Origin: a virus
Lineage: Duplodnaviria > Caudoviricetes
Strand: one strand, 5' to 3'
IMG/VR virus record: IMGVR_UViG_3300027255_000007
Coordinates: 1-48,720 of that record
DNA: 48,720 nucleotides
Positions 31,201-39,456 of this stretch are shown piece by piece. The notes below the pieces were generated by a model. That model was not told where the DNA came from, ran no database searches, and worked only from the letters and a program-made list of their open reading frames with translations. The number at the start of each line of letters is the position of its first letter. Position 1 is the stretch's first letter. The translations under genes and the position numbers were made by a program.

Positions 31201-31906
31201 TAGCTGCATTAGTTGCGCTTGTTGCCGCATTACTTTCACTAGTAGCTGCATTAGCCGCACTAGTGGCTGCGTTAGAAGCACTTGTTGCGGCATTAGATTT
31301 ACTGGTGTCAGCATTAGATTCACTAGTAGCTGCATTAGTCGCACTAGTGGCTGCGCTGGATGCACTATTAGCGGCATTGGCCTCGCTAGTAGCCGCATTA
31401 CTCTCGCTAGTAGCCGCATTAGTTGCGCTAGTAGCTGCGTTAGTTGCGCTAGTGGCTGCAGCAGTTGAATTAATACCGGAGAGCTGAACATAAGTACCAG
31501 CAGTAGTTACATAGTCAAGAGCTGTAGCTTCATGTTGACCTGCTAAAGTACTCGAAGTTTCAGCCTGTTCTGCAGAAATTGCAGAAGCACTAGCACTGTT
31601 AGAAGCATTATCAGCAGCAACAATTGTTTGGTTTAACGCCTGATTTGCAAGTAGATTGGAAGATTCTGCTGCATCTGCACTTGCTTCAGCAGAATTTTTA
31701 CTTGCCAAAGCGCTTAGTGAACTTGCTAACGCACTAACTTCAGAAGCCTTGGCTGCCTCCTGGCTGTTGAGAGCATTTTCTGCAGCAATAGCTGTTTTGT
31801 TAAGCAGGGTTAAACCTGCAACTTGTTCGGTAGGGCTTGTTTGGCTATCATATACACCGCCATCGGGTGCATCTCCAGTAGCCCCTGGTGTTGAATTATA
31901 TCCCAT
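25286..31906 (-). CDS. Long tail fibre with a C-terminal peptidase S74 intramolecular chaperone
   Basis: 2206 aa. Ala/Ser heptad repeats, TLNTLNELAAALGDD, internal repeats, and SDIRLKDNI...GVIAQEV...LIEAIKE at the C-terminus. Confidence 0.92.
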   Translation of the reverse strand: MGYNSTPGATGDAPDGGVYDSQTSPTEQVAGLTLLNKTAIAAENALNSQEAAKASEVSALASSLSALASKNSAEASADAAESSNLLANQALNQTIVAADNASNSASASAISAEQAETSSTLAGQHEATALDYVTTAGTYVQLSGINSTAAATSATNAATSATNAATSESNAATSEANAANSASSAATSATNAATSESNADTSKSNAATSASNAATSAANAATSESNAATSATNAATSESSAETYASNAASSAEAIAAIELIAAENAELASTSASNAATSENNAETSESNAATSANAAAVSASAALASSNSASTSAGTAASDASTASTAAANALTSASNAFTSASNAATSESNAATSANSASTNAINAASSASNALASEGTALSASNSALASSASASQSAYNAQQSSASASTSAAAALVSETNANTSNIQSTNSAVNSEISAQASAASAFASAQSAAASALSAESAALSYDQFDDRYLGPKEEEPTLDNDGDALLEGALYWNSTTKKMYVYNGTIWEGTAITLSVFDTDDLSEGTANKYYLTSRATEDVGAVTLDMTGFVNRTDSTLSFNTVTRVLTLTPTTTTVIYYRGKKYEVSSPLSITITNTSGGRYVYFNPTTEALAEGNIGDYGGIITNALVSYVYWDSVAQKALIFGDERHSAHRDTQWHLSKHIEQGSVWRSGGNASYTLLNEANISLAFSNPISIADEDVVHSIAHSATPSLPYQQVLEGAAVIPTVYLSGTTYVQTTASTVPWVAGTALARYNPVSGGVGSLVDVTNNNYMSYWIVATNDSVYPVKAIMGHNQSNKIEDIEAETFGDYGLPVPELVPMYHVILRVDTAYTQNTPHVAIAAVYRLTGREVSTATAFSATSHSALTGRGAEDQHPISAITNLQSTLDTEASTRASADTALQTAIDAEATARATAISDEASARSSGDTNTLTSANDYTDSAISSLVDTAPTTLNTLNELAAALGDDANFATTVSTNIGLKADKSTTISAGTGLSGGGSLASNRTISHADSTVTAGTYGSSTSIPSITVDARGHVTAASGNSISVGDGSFTVNTSTGLSGGGQLGTANQAYATSLTLTNTDRGSQQNIFKNIAVSGQPTVIADNNNDTLTFVAGSNISLTTDPAADSLTINANIPTYSLATSTVAGIVKLESDVDQTITANPISAAIGRTYGIQLNELDQMVVNVPWSNTTYNIATSTVAGIVELFSDTDQSIAANAVTATAGRTYGIQLNSDNQMVVNVPWSNTTYNIATANIPGLVELFSDADQSVPANPISAAGSRTYGIQLNSANQMVVNVPWVDTDTTYSQATASTLGLIKLEDDTVQTVAANAVTATSGRTYGVQVNNSGQAVVNVPWSDTNTDTNNYVTSAAFDTGTGVLTLNRSGLTAVTVDLDGKYAESSHTHSYVSEGGTTFSGEYPVTARTAANTIYSHSGILFRGSDSRLTVSGLIYASGTQRVFADNYHPNADKWTTARTNTVTLTGDVTGSGNASVDGSGNWTVSVATTVGDNSHNHSIDSISDEHRLFNNMGANHNTTTNFNSVPNFGARYVQAGTNGPTGVGSHQFYGFTLGLGNEYSISQYASQLYWARQAQSGGTYLWARDLESGTWGSWRKMSAGYADSAGSASTADYATTAGSADQIDGWGFVNTGSNSAVNADTINSNGISYYTAGVTNFSGNSTDGALYSQRYSDSWQHQIAGDYRSGQIALRGKNNGTWQAWRTVVDSSNVGTYAALPGHSHSNYVTTTYNSSLNSDSRNSRGVTRLYRRDDNSDYSVQTYWTGSYWRLYGYYGDSGHADVQVGYADSAGYASSAGSAGNATTLNSKASSAFHQRIHYGTTAGNSGYYKIKILPATSWMMSFIIRVYQSYGSFDIRVSGYNYGGNYWYSPEASLIDGSSTSIEVRFGYDSAYNLWVAIPAASYTGLDVVSVVNGYTQVDGDYADQFSITHQTSLTGTTQTTVTAYRPLKYNENAVTATTLQTARTINGVSFNGSANITVADSTKLPLTGGTTTGTINAPTFNATSTTSGGFQGIDADTVSSPSFTWTADLNTGIWRPGTDIVGITAGGNDEFRVYTSYTIAYGSSRAPIFYDSNNTAYYADLSSTGTSINAAGSIVAASDIRLKDNIETIPNALEKTLKLRGVTYTRKDGDNKTRQVGVIAQEVKEVLPEAVVDGAHLSVAYGNMVGLLIEAIKEQQKQIEELKSKLI
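27825..28485 (-). repeat. Four ~165-171 nt tandem repeats (55-57 aa) inside the long fibre
   Basis: RTYGIQLN..QMVVNVPW unit; anchor CCAAGG[AG]ACGTT at ~27830, 28001, 28166 and 28331. Confidence 0.9.
30520..31780 (-). repeat. Ala/Ser/Asn/Thr 7-aa repeats (e.g. AATSATN, AATSESN) in the fibre N-terminus
   Basis: 21-nt periodicity is visible at ~31180-31460. Confidence 0.85.
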
Positions 31907-31916
31907 ATAAACCCCC

Positions 31917-32786
31917 TTAAATTAATCCATTACTATTAAAATGAACCTGAACGTTACCGCCCTTTGCTCTTCTAAAATTTTCTTCGTTATTCATTCTTTG
32001 GATTTCTTCTGACAGTTTTGCTGCATAATTATTTTCCATTTTCTCATCAAACAAATATGCACCAATATATTTAAGAGCACCAAAAAGCAAAGTTCTTTCA
32101 TTACTGTCTCTCATCCAATTAGGAGATTCCTTGCCAATATAACTATTATTTGTAACTGTAGGATCATACAATAAAGCCTCAGCCTCAGTTGAAAAGACTT
32201 TTGTCACTCCATTGCTAGTTGCAAAATATAAAGTAACACTTTCAGGTGCCGTAGACTCTTCTAAGTAAGGTTGATCTGAACCGGCTATCCCAACAATATA
32301 GTTTACAGGTACAACAGAGTAGGTTGCATTCAGGTCAGGTAATCTTCTATAGTATGCAATCTCAAGAACAACCCCTTCTTCAAGTTGAGGTGATATTTTG
32401 ATTTGGTCATTTAACCACATAAAGCGATAGCTACTATAATGTTCTGAGTATACATCAAGAAAAGTTCTACTATCAGATACTTCATTAAATACTACTGACT
32501 CATAGGAGCTATTAGTGTTTTGTGGTTTAACTCTAATATGAATAAAATTAAGCAAATTAGATGGGGGTTCAATTACGGAATATCTTGAATCCTCTTGGTT
32601 ATTTCCTGAAGAGATTGTATAAGTAAGCACATGCTCTAAAGGCGGGATACGTAATTCCCTGTAACAAAAATCAGCCGAATAGTTTAGGCAATCCTCAATG
32701 ACGCTATTTGGGATTGTAGCTACTTCCTTTTTGTTACTCCAGTCCCGTACTTTTTCTACGAGTGCGTCATACTTTGGTGTTGCCAT
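31917..32786 (-). CDS. Head-tail adaptor (SU10-like)
   Basis: RELRIPPLE, YYRRLP.L and LLFGAL motifs; located after the capsid genes. Confidence 0.75.
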   Translation of the reverse strand: MATPKYDALVEKVRDWSNKKEVATIPNSVIEDCLNYSADFCYRELRIPPLEHVLTYTISSGNNQEDSRYSVIEPPSNLLNFIHIRVKPQNTNSSYESVVFNEVSDSRTFLDVYSEHYSSYRFMWLNDQIKISPQLEEGVVLEIAYYRRLPDLNATYSVVPVNYIVGIAGSDQPYLEESTAPESVTLYFATSNGVTKVFSTEAEALLYDPTVTNNSYIGKESPNWMRDSNERTLLFGALKYIGAYLFDEKMENNYAAKLSEEIQRMNNEENFRRAKGGNVQVHFNSNGLI

Positions 32787-32798
32787 GTTTAATTCTCC

Positions 32799-33122
32799 TT
32801 ATAACGTTCGGACGTTACTTGTTTTAAGTGCGGGATAATCGCTATCAATAATTTGTTTTAATCTACGCATAGCAGCAGGGTCACTCATAAAGTTTGGTGA
32901 GTGTACATCAATGCCGTATTTTGTTAAGATATCAATAGCTACAATATCGGGAATAATAGCAAATGATCTATATTGCCTACCGCTATGCGAAATTGAATCT
33001 AATTCCCGTTGTTGTGCGGCATAATCTTTGTATGCCTGAACATCTTGTTCTAGTCTAAAGTCCTTACTGTCAGTAGATACTTTAAAACTATTTTTGTTAT
33101 TGTCTTGTGATAGAAAGCCCAT
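32799..33122 (-). CDS. Conserved virion-associated hypothetical protein
   Basis: QDV.....A.IP.....KYGID...YP.LK pattern, downstream of the capsid. Confidence 0.65.
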   Translation of the reverse strand: MGFLSQDNNKNSFKVSTDSKDFRLEQDVQAYKDYAAQQRELDSISHSGRQYRSFAIIPDIVAIDILTKYGIDVHSPNFMSDPAAMRRLKQIIDSDYPALKTSNVRTL

Positions 33123-33136
33123 GTGTCCTCTTTTGT

Positions 33137-33403
33137 TTAGTTGGAGTGTGCTACGGTAAAGATACCGTCATGACCCAATTGACCAAATTCATATAGTGCG
33201 TTAGTACCATCGTAAGCTGCCACGGTATCTGTTACGTATGTCAGTGCAGTACCAACAATCTTTTCATAAGATACAGAAGTAATTTTACCTCTGCTAACTA
33301 CTACATTACCGCTAAGTACTGGAGCAGAAATTGTAACAGAAGAAGTAGCACCAGGATAGTACGTTGCTGTACCGTTAGTCTGTGTGATTTTAATATATTG
33401 CAT
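33137..33403 (-). CDS. Hypothetical beta-rich protein (possible head decoration)
   Basis: GAGG RBS; immediately after the capsid gene. Confidence 0.6.
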   Translation of the reverse strand: MQYIKITQTNGTATYYPGATSSVTISAPVLSGNVVVSRGKITSVSYEKIVGTALTYVTDTVAAYDGTNALYEFGQLGHDGIFTVAHSN

Positions 33404-33420
33404 TGTTTCTTCCTCTAATT

Positions 33421-33450
33421 AAAAAGGGGCAAGGTTTCCCTCACCCCTTT
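33421..33450 (-). terminator. Terminator after the major capsid gene
   Basis: AAAAGGGG...CCCCTTTT inverted repeat. Confidence 0.75.
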
Positions 33451-33459
33451 ATAGGTTAA

Positions 33460-34539
33460 TTACTGACCAGACAGACCGAAGATCATACCGCAGCCCTTGG
33501 GGTTACGGCACTCCAGTGTACCTTCTTCAACAATTTGACCGATGATAGAGTCGCCCAACTGACCGAGGTCAACTTCTTGCATAGGACGCAGAGAAGCGTA
33601 GCTGAACCACATTGGATCATAGACCAAAGCAGTGAAGTTAGCAGCGTTGTCCAAACCAGAAATACCAGTGTTGGCAATACCCATCACATAGTTGGGAACA
33701 ACCATGATGTCGCCGAAGTCAGACATATAGATCTCAACTGATTGACGCAGCTTACCGTCTGCATCAACGTTACGGCGAACGTTACCGTCACCAGCATTAG
33801 AGCTAGATGAACCTGCAGCCTGTGCCTTAGCAGAGAACACACGGCGGTTTGCGGGAGAAACCATCAGCTTAGTAGCCTTACCACCGTTTTCGTAGATAGC
33901 TTGCATAACGGTGTCAATGTGTGACAATTGCAGGCTAGTCTTATCAGCAGAAGTAACGGTAGTGAAAGTACCAGCGGTACCAGCACCAGCAGTTGCAGGT
34001 GCGGTGTACTCAGAAGGAGTAGCCAACACGTTCAATGCAGTAGATGCATCGTTAACCCAAGCTTGGTAGCCGCCCATTTTACGGACGCCTGAACCGTTTG
34101 AGCTGTTCCAGCTGTTGATCATGTCGAATTCGACATCACGGCGCAGTTCGGTACCACGCTTCTTCAGCTGGTATGCGTATTCGTCAGCAACACCAGCTTG
34201 ATCAACGGCACGCTTAGTACCAGTAACCGTAACGGTCTTAGAGTTGATTTGGGTGTAGTTGCCTAAACGAGTACGCAGAGGCTCGGCACCTTGTGCAGCG
34301 GCTTGAGTAGCGTAAGAAACGCCTTCAGCAACAGCAGCAGAAGAGGGAGCAGCCAGCTCGTCAGTTTGCCACTCGTGGAACACAGCAGTAGCTTTGGCTT
34401 TGCCGATAGAAGACATAAATGGTGTCTCATCACGGCTGATCATTGAAATAAAGTTAGCCAGGTCTTCACGCTCAGAGACGTTCATAGAAGTACCGGTAGC
34501 AGCCTTAGGGCCGCCAGTGGCGAATGTACGTGCAGTCAT
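33460..34539 (-). CDS. Major capsid protein (DUF5309/SU10 type)
   Basis: REDL..I..I...ETPF, HEWQTDEL, NYTQI..K, ELRRDVE and E.TLE.RNP motifs; strong codon bias. Confidence 0.93.
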   Translation of the reverse strand: MTARTFATGGPKAATGTSMNVSEREDLANFISMISRDETPFMSSIGKAKATAVFHEWQTDELAAPSSAAVAEGVSYATQAAAQGAEPLRTRLGNYTQINSKTVTVTGTKRAVDQAGVADEYAYQLKKRGTELRRDVEFDMINSWNSSNGSGVRKMGGYQAWVNDASTALNVLATPSEYTAPATAGAGTAGTFTTVTSADKTSLQLSHIDTVMQAIYENGGKATKLMVSPANRRVFSAKAQAAGSSSSNAGDGNVRRNVDADGKLRQSVEIYMSDFGDIMVVPNYVMGIANTGISGLDNAANFTALVYDPMWFSYASLRPMQEVDLGQLGDSIIGQIVEEGTLECRNPKGCGMIFGLSGQ

Positions 34540-34572
34540 TTTTATTTTTCCTTTTATAGTGAGAAATTAAAT

Positions 34573-35721
34573 TCAAAGTTTTTTGCTCACTGAAGAAATA
34601 CGTTTCAGAAAATCAATTTCATCCTGTTTTGAACCTTGACCAGACAATACTTTAGATCTAGTGTTTGTAGCGGCTTGCTGTTCCTTTTGTGATTTAGGTG
34701 TTCCCTTCTTAGAGGGTACCGACTTCACTACGGGAGCTGCTTTACGTTTTACTGCACCAGTCTCTTTAGCTGTTTTTAACTTACGGTAATCATTGATGAA
34801 CTTAACAATTTGTGGATCATAGATAGACCCCAATAGGTCTTCCGAGATACCCTCTTGAATTGCGAATTCTCTAATAGACTTAGCGACTTTTTCTGAATAG
34901 TCAGGAACTAGCGTAGTAATACGCTCGTTATATGACTTCAGTAACTCTTGTCGTTCATTCTCCATTTGAGCTTCGAATTGAGAGGCAATTGCCTTTGCTT
35001 GTTCTTCTCGTTTATTACGAGATTTCCAGTACTTCTCCTGCACCGCTTCACGTTGTTCTTTAAGTTCACGAGCTGAATATGAGTCACCCTCATCACGAGC
35101 TTGTTCAATGTCCTTACTTAGTTTGTGATACTCTTCGGCAAGAGATGTTTCAGTGGCAGTTAATTCCTGTTGGATTATCTGCCCTAATTCAATAACTTCT
35201 TTAAGTTTTTCTGTCTTTTCTTGTTCAATCTGTTTTCTCAGTTCGCCAAGTTCGCGCCCTTTTTGAGATAGATGTTTATCAGTAGAATAGCCCTTACGGA
35301 TTTCTTCTAAGGTAACGTACTCTGTTTTACCGTCAACGGTTACAGGTACTTTGTATTCCCAATCAATATCATCTTCAGTCGGTAATTCAGCATCTTGGGT
35401 AGACGTATCATCCTCATCTGTCTTTTCTTCTTCAGAATCACTTGATTCTTCTTCTTCATCTAGGTCATTTTCAGATTCATCATCGGTCTCTTGCGGGGCT
35501 TCTTCTTCTTCCGATGAGTCTTCTGGACTCGGGACGCTGTCGTCTTCTTCTGGTAGAGATTCTTCTTTTTCAGGCAACCCTAGCAGATTAGCTGCTGGTG
35601 AGTTGCGAAGAATGTCATCAAGACTCTTTGCTTCCAAGTCTGCACTATAACTTCCGTCATCGAAACTCGCGCTCGAAATTTCCGAGGCAGGAGTGTTGGT
35701 AGAGAGTTGTTCTAGGTTCAT
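34573..35721 (-). CDS. Scaffolding protein
   Basis: Acidic N-terminus, VTVDGKTEYVTLEEIRKGY and a coiled coil; directly upstream of the capsid. Confidence 0.88.
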   Translation of the reverse strand: MNLEQLSTNTPASEISSASFDDGSYSADLEAKSLDDILRNSPAANLLGLPEKEESLPEEDDSVPSPEDSSEEEEAPQETDDESENDLDEEEESSDSEEEKTDEDDTSTQDAELPTEDDIDWEYKVPVTVDGKTEYVTLEEIRKGYSTDKHLSQKGRELGELRKQIEQEKTEKLKEVIELGQIIQQELTATETSLAEEYHKLSKDIEQARDEGDSYSARELKEQREAVQEKYWKSRNKREEQAKAIASQFEAQMENERQELLKSYNERITTLVPDYSEKVAKSIREFAIQEGISEDLLGSIYDPQIVKFINDYRKLKTAKETGAVKRKAAPVVKSVPSKKGTPKSQKEQQAATNTRSKVLSGQGSKQDEIDFLKRISSVSKKL

Positions 35722-35744
35722 AATTCTTTTACCTTTGTGTCCAA

Positions 35745-35981
35745 TTATTCAGCTTTAGCAGCTTTAGAAGCTTTTGCTTTAGCCATACGTTCTACGAATT
35801 CTTTAGGGTCTTTCTTTTTAAAAGACTCTACTACTTCAATTGCCTTGTTTAGTGTAACAAGGATTGGAGCATAATTCTGCGCACGTCCTACTCCACCGTT
35901 CTGCCCACACAAGGCTAACTCGCGGATGATTTCCTCCTGCGCTCTCTCTAGCACAGTCTTTGCCATATCATAATTACTCAT
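35745..35981 (-). CDS. Hypothetical protein
   Basis: ATGA-coupled ORF in the head operon. Confidence 0.65.
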   Translation of the reverse strand: MSNYDMAKTVLERAQEEIIRELALCGQNGGVGRAQNYAPILVTLNKAIEVVESFKKKDPKEFVERMAKAKASKAAKAE

Positions 35982-36328
35982 TCTCTGTCTTCCCCTTCTT
36001 GGGATTGTTTATTAATGTATTGCATATTGTTGCCATACATTTCGATACCGATTAATTTTTCCTTAACACTACCTAACGCCATAGCGGTATGGTAGAGATA
36101 CTCACGCTCTTTACTGCAATGAGGTTCTGTCTTTAGCCAAGTAACAAAGAGGTCAGCTAAGATCTCTGAGTATGCCTCACCAAAGAACTGTTCACGTTCT
36201 TGATTAGCGAATTGTGATTTTCCTAGAGCAATTTGTGCATCACGGAAAGGTTCAACTTTATATTCACCAGTTTCATGATTCATTTTTGGTTTCGTTCTCT
36301 TCTGAAACCCATCTTTATATTGATTCAT
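35978..36328 (-). CDS. Conserved head-operon hypothetical protein
   Basis: W..T......RE.LY pattern, commonly seen between portal and scaffold. Confidence 0.7.
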   Translation of the reverse strand: MNQYKDGFQKRTKPKMNHETGEYKVEPFRDAQIALGKSQFANQEREQFFGEAYSEILADLFVTWLKTEPHCSKEREYLYHTAMALGSVKEKLIGIEMYGNNMQYINKQSQEGEDRE

Positions 36329-36381
36329 TTCTTTACTTTAGAATATTCACCCGTACCTAATGGCAGAGGGGTGAATCATAT

Positions 36382-38595
36382 TTACATCATAGGTTGCTGT
36401 GGTTGTTGCTGTTCCATCATCTCTTGTTGAGGAGCTTCCTCAACTGAGTCAGCATCGATCATTTGTTTAGCAATAGCTAACAACTCCTCAGCGCTAGGTC
36501 GTGGGTCAAGTGTAACACCCTTCTCAGCGGCTTGAATAGAAAGCTTAGCCCATTCTTGATAGCTCTTATCCAAAGCAACCATAAGTTGTTTGGTGTTATC
36601 TTGCATAGCATTTCTGGATTGTACTCTAGTAAGTTCAACCGTAGCTTCTCTTTGGATAGCATCCAACTCTTTAATCTTTTCTTCAAGCTTACGGGCAGCG
36701 TCACCTGCTTGCTGTTCAGCTTGACGAGCTTGCATAGCTTGCTCAACGAACTTAAGATCAGTGTAGTCAACAAGAAAGTCTAATGGATCTAAGTCCATAG
36801 CCTCAAGAGTCTTACAAGCGATTTTAGCAGCAGCTTCAGGAGCTACTACACCACCTGCACCAGACTGTTGGAGTGCTGGAATCAACTGTTGACCAACCAT
36901 AGTCATCTTCTTAATAATATTGCTATTACTATTTTCACCAACATCGATGTCAACATACATTAACATATTGTCAGGTAACATACCAGGATCAATAGATTTA
37001 AACATATCGTTTTGATCGTAGTACTTTGCTTCTTTACCCCGAAGTTTAGTACGGAGGGTTTTATACACACCCTCAACTAAGCGCTTAAAGCCTGTCTCAG
37101 CAAATCTACGTGCCATAAACTGGATACGTACTTGAGCTGCTGACATAGCTCTCTGCATCTTTTCTTCGGAGTTGCCAGAAACATAAAGAGTGTCATTGAG
37201 GCCTTGAGCCGCTTTTGACAAGCCTGTAGCTTGCTCTTTATGTAACTGCAACATCTCTAAAAGAGGTACAGTTCCTGTACTGATAGTATCAGGAGTCATA
37301 GATGCTACCGCACCATTAGGATTACCGTTAGTAGCAACAATCTGCTTAGGCTTCATATTTTGAAGCGCAGAAAAATCTACCACGTTAGGATCCGCAAGTT
37401 TCGGTGCATAATTAGTTAGGTATACGTTCTCTACGAAACCACGCATAATAGCGGTAGTTGCTAGTGTAGAAGGACGAATCATGTCTGCTACTGACAAACC
37501 AAAGAATTCGTGAGGAATCTCGAATGGGCAGAGAGTAGCCAAAGGAACACAGTCACAGTCTTCTTCCAGGAGGATAGTTCCACCTGCAACAATAAAATGT
37601 TTTAGTTCCGCAATACCATCACCATCACGGTCAACTCTCAACCAACATTCAATGACAGTTACCTGTCGGTTAGCTTCTGTTGGGAAAAGTTCCCGTGAAT
37701 TACCCCCCAGCCAGTACTCTTCACCAGCAAGACGTTTCCGAGCAGCTTGCTCTTCGGTGTACTTGGTAGCCCAATCATAGCTACCGTCTCCAATATCGTC
37801 CCAGCTGATGTTCTCTGCAATATCAGGGTAAAACTTTCTAATCTCAGACCGAGTCATATCGATCTGAATACCTACAAAATTAGCTTCATCTAAAGACTTA
37901 GCGTCTCTAGTGATACGGAACGCTTCAGGATGAACGTTCTCAATCTTAATTCTTGTCTTATTATGTTGCTTCTTAAGGCGAACATCTTTGTATACTAAAT
38001 TGTATACAGCATTTCCTTCTTCATCAGTACCTAGCTCTTGCTCATAAGTCAAGTTACCAATAATCTCTGTATCAGTATCTGCCAAAAGAATATCTAAGTT
38101 CTCTTGACTAATAGAGTCATATTCCTCAAATGTATATTCAAAGTCTTCAATAAAGTCCCAACGGACAATACTATTTTTCCATAACAAAGAAGACTTAACC
38201 CATGTATTGAGGATCTCCCAACCAGGGTTCTGTTTGAAGATAGTATAGTTAACTAAATTAGAAGCAATCTTAGCATTATGATAATCCGTAGGTTTAGTAC
38301 CTGCTGGAATAAATCTGGCTAGCTTATTATTGTTGAACATTAGTTCAGCCAAGATAGCCGTATAGCCTTCAACAGCTTCTACGGTATCTGATGAAACAAT
38401 TTGAGATACACCTTGTGGGGCTAGGTGTTGAATAGGCATCATACCATATTCGTATGTAGCCTTTTGTCTTTCTCTTGCTAAATCAGCACTATTAAGGAAG
38501 TCACCAACAGAGTTCATTACACCCTGCTCGATCATTGCCTTTAACTCTTCATCGCCTACAGGTTCTTTATACCCGATAGTTTCATTTAATGCCAT
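36382..38595 (-). CDS. Portal protein
   Basis: S.IVS.D...VE, ECWLRVDRDGDGIAEL, PHEFFGLSVAD and ARRFAETG motifs. Start 38595 (AAAGG RBS) preferred over 38613. Confidence 0.92.
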   Translation of the reverse strand: MALNETIGYKEPVGDEELKAMIEQGVMNSVGDFLNSADLARERQKATYEYGMMPIQHLAPQGVSQIVSSDTVEAVEGYTAILAELMFNNNKLARFIPAGTKPTDYHNAKIASNLVNYTIFKQNPGWEILNTWVKSSLLWKNSIVRWDFIEDFEYTFEEYDSISQENLDILLADTDTEIIGNLTYEQELGTDEEGNAVYNLVYKDVRLKKQHNKTRIKIENVHPEAFRITRDAKSLDEANFVGIQIDMTRSEIRKFYPDIAENISWDDIGDGSYDWATKYTEEQAARKRLAGEEYWLGGNSRELFPTEANRQVTVIECWLRVDRDGDGIAELKHFIVAGGTILLEEDCDCVPLATLCPFEIPHEFFGLSVADMIRPSTLATTAIMRGFVENVYLTNYAPKLADPNVVDFSALQNMKPKQIVATNGNPNGAVASMTPDTISTGTVPLLEMLQLHKEQATGLSKAAQGLNDTLYVSGNSEEKMQRAMSAAQVRIQFMARRFAETGFKRLVEGVYKTLRTKLRGKEAKYYDQNDMFKSIDPGMLPDNMLMYVDIDVGENSNSNIIKKMTMVGQQLIPALQQSGAGGVVAPEAAAKIACKTLEAMDLDPLDFLVDYTDLKFVEQAMQARQAEQQAGDAARKLEEKIKELDAIQREATVELTRVQSRNAMQDNTKQLMVALDKSYQEWAKLSIQAAEKGVTLDPRPSAEELLAIAKQMIDADSVEEAPQQEMMEQQQPQQPMM

Positions 38596-38699
38596 TGTAA
38601 ACCTTTCAATCAATCAATCAAGCCTACAACGGCTGATATTAGGTGTCACTAGTTCCGTCCAACTGCTAGTGACCAACAGGTAGGACACAAGGGACTATT

Positions 38700-38996
38700 T
38701 TAGTTAGATGTGTCCAACAGGTCTTCCAGATAGATATCTGAAGGAGCGTTAGTAATAAGTGTTTTAACTTGGTTAGACAATAGTACTGCGTCTTCGTATG
38801 CAGCAGTTCCTGAAATAATCTTGAGGATTTCACTAGGAATCTCAACATAACTCTTTACTGCAACAATTCTAGTTTGTGCATTCCATGTAAACTTAACAAG
38901 ATAATAACCATTATCTGTTTTACCTACATATCGGTCTGTAACGTTAGTGTAGTTGCCACTACCACTGTTTTGCCATGTAATTACTGTTCCGGGCAT
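38700..38996 (-). CDS. Hypothetical protein
   Basis: AGGAG RBS; 98 aa. Confidence 0.65.
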   Translation of the reverse strand: MPGTVITWQNSGSGNYTNVTDRYVGKTDNGYYLVKFTWNAQTRIVAVKSYVEIPSEILKIISGTAAYEDAVLLSNQVKTLITNAPSDIYLEDLLDTSN

Positions 38997-39006
38997 TTAA
39001 TTCTCC

Positions 39007-39156
39007 TTATCTGTTATTTCTGATAGGTAGAGTTCTACCCGTACTTTTTTCAATTTTTTCTTTTGGCTGCAAAAGCTTAGGGTTATCCTTTTGCTTTAAT
39101 ACACTCTTAAATTGTTCTTTTTCTTTACCCGTTAGGGGTACATTCATTTGTGCCAT
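39007..39156 (-). CDS. Small basic protein (49 aa)
   Basis: The internal ATG of the track ORF lies just after the upstream gene's stop. Confidence 0.55.
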   Translation of the reverse strand: MAQMNVPLTGKEKEQFKSVLKQKDNPKLLQPKEKIEKSTGRTLPIRNNR

Positions 39157-39160
39157 ATAT

Positions 39161-39445
39161 TCACCATTTAACTTTGTCAGCCCAATATGCTGCTGATAAA
39201 GGGCCTTTAGCAATATTCTTAGCGTGCCGTGCCTTAAAGGACTCTCTACGCTTTCTATCTGAGTCTGATTCCCCTGAACTCTTAGGAGATCCAGAGGTAC
39301 CCTGCTCACCAAATCTAATTGTCTTTACCGTGTCACCACTTTTGGCAACAACAACATGACTCTTAGTAGGATGGCTAGGGGTTCTTTTAGGCTTATTGTA
39401 GCCAGATACACCAGCTCTTGTTAATCTTGAATCTTTTTCAGCCAT
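39161..39445 (-). CDS. Basic conserved phage protein (DUF6321-like)
   Basis: YNKPKRTP.HP.KSH.V, IRFG.QG and SFKARH...AAYWADKVKW motifs. Confidence 0.8.
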   Translation of the reverse strand: MAEKDSRLTRAGVSGYNKPKRTPSHPTKSHVVVAKSGDTVKTIRFGEQGTSGSPKSSGESDSDRKRRESFKARHAKNIAKGPLSAAYWADKVKW

Positions 39446-39456
39446 AGTATTTCTCC

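Noticed and set aside
30843-31910. Ala/Leu/Val-rich antisense and alternate-frame ORFs in the long fibre
   Set aside because: Shadows of the Ala/Ser heptad repeats.
38605-38675. CAAT tetramer repeats, GTCACTAG/CTAGTGAC hairpin and partial motif GACACCTAATAT upstream of portal
   Set aside because: Short elements with too many mismatches to the promoter consensus to call.
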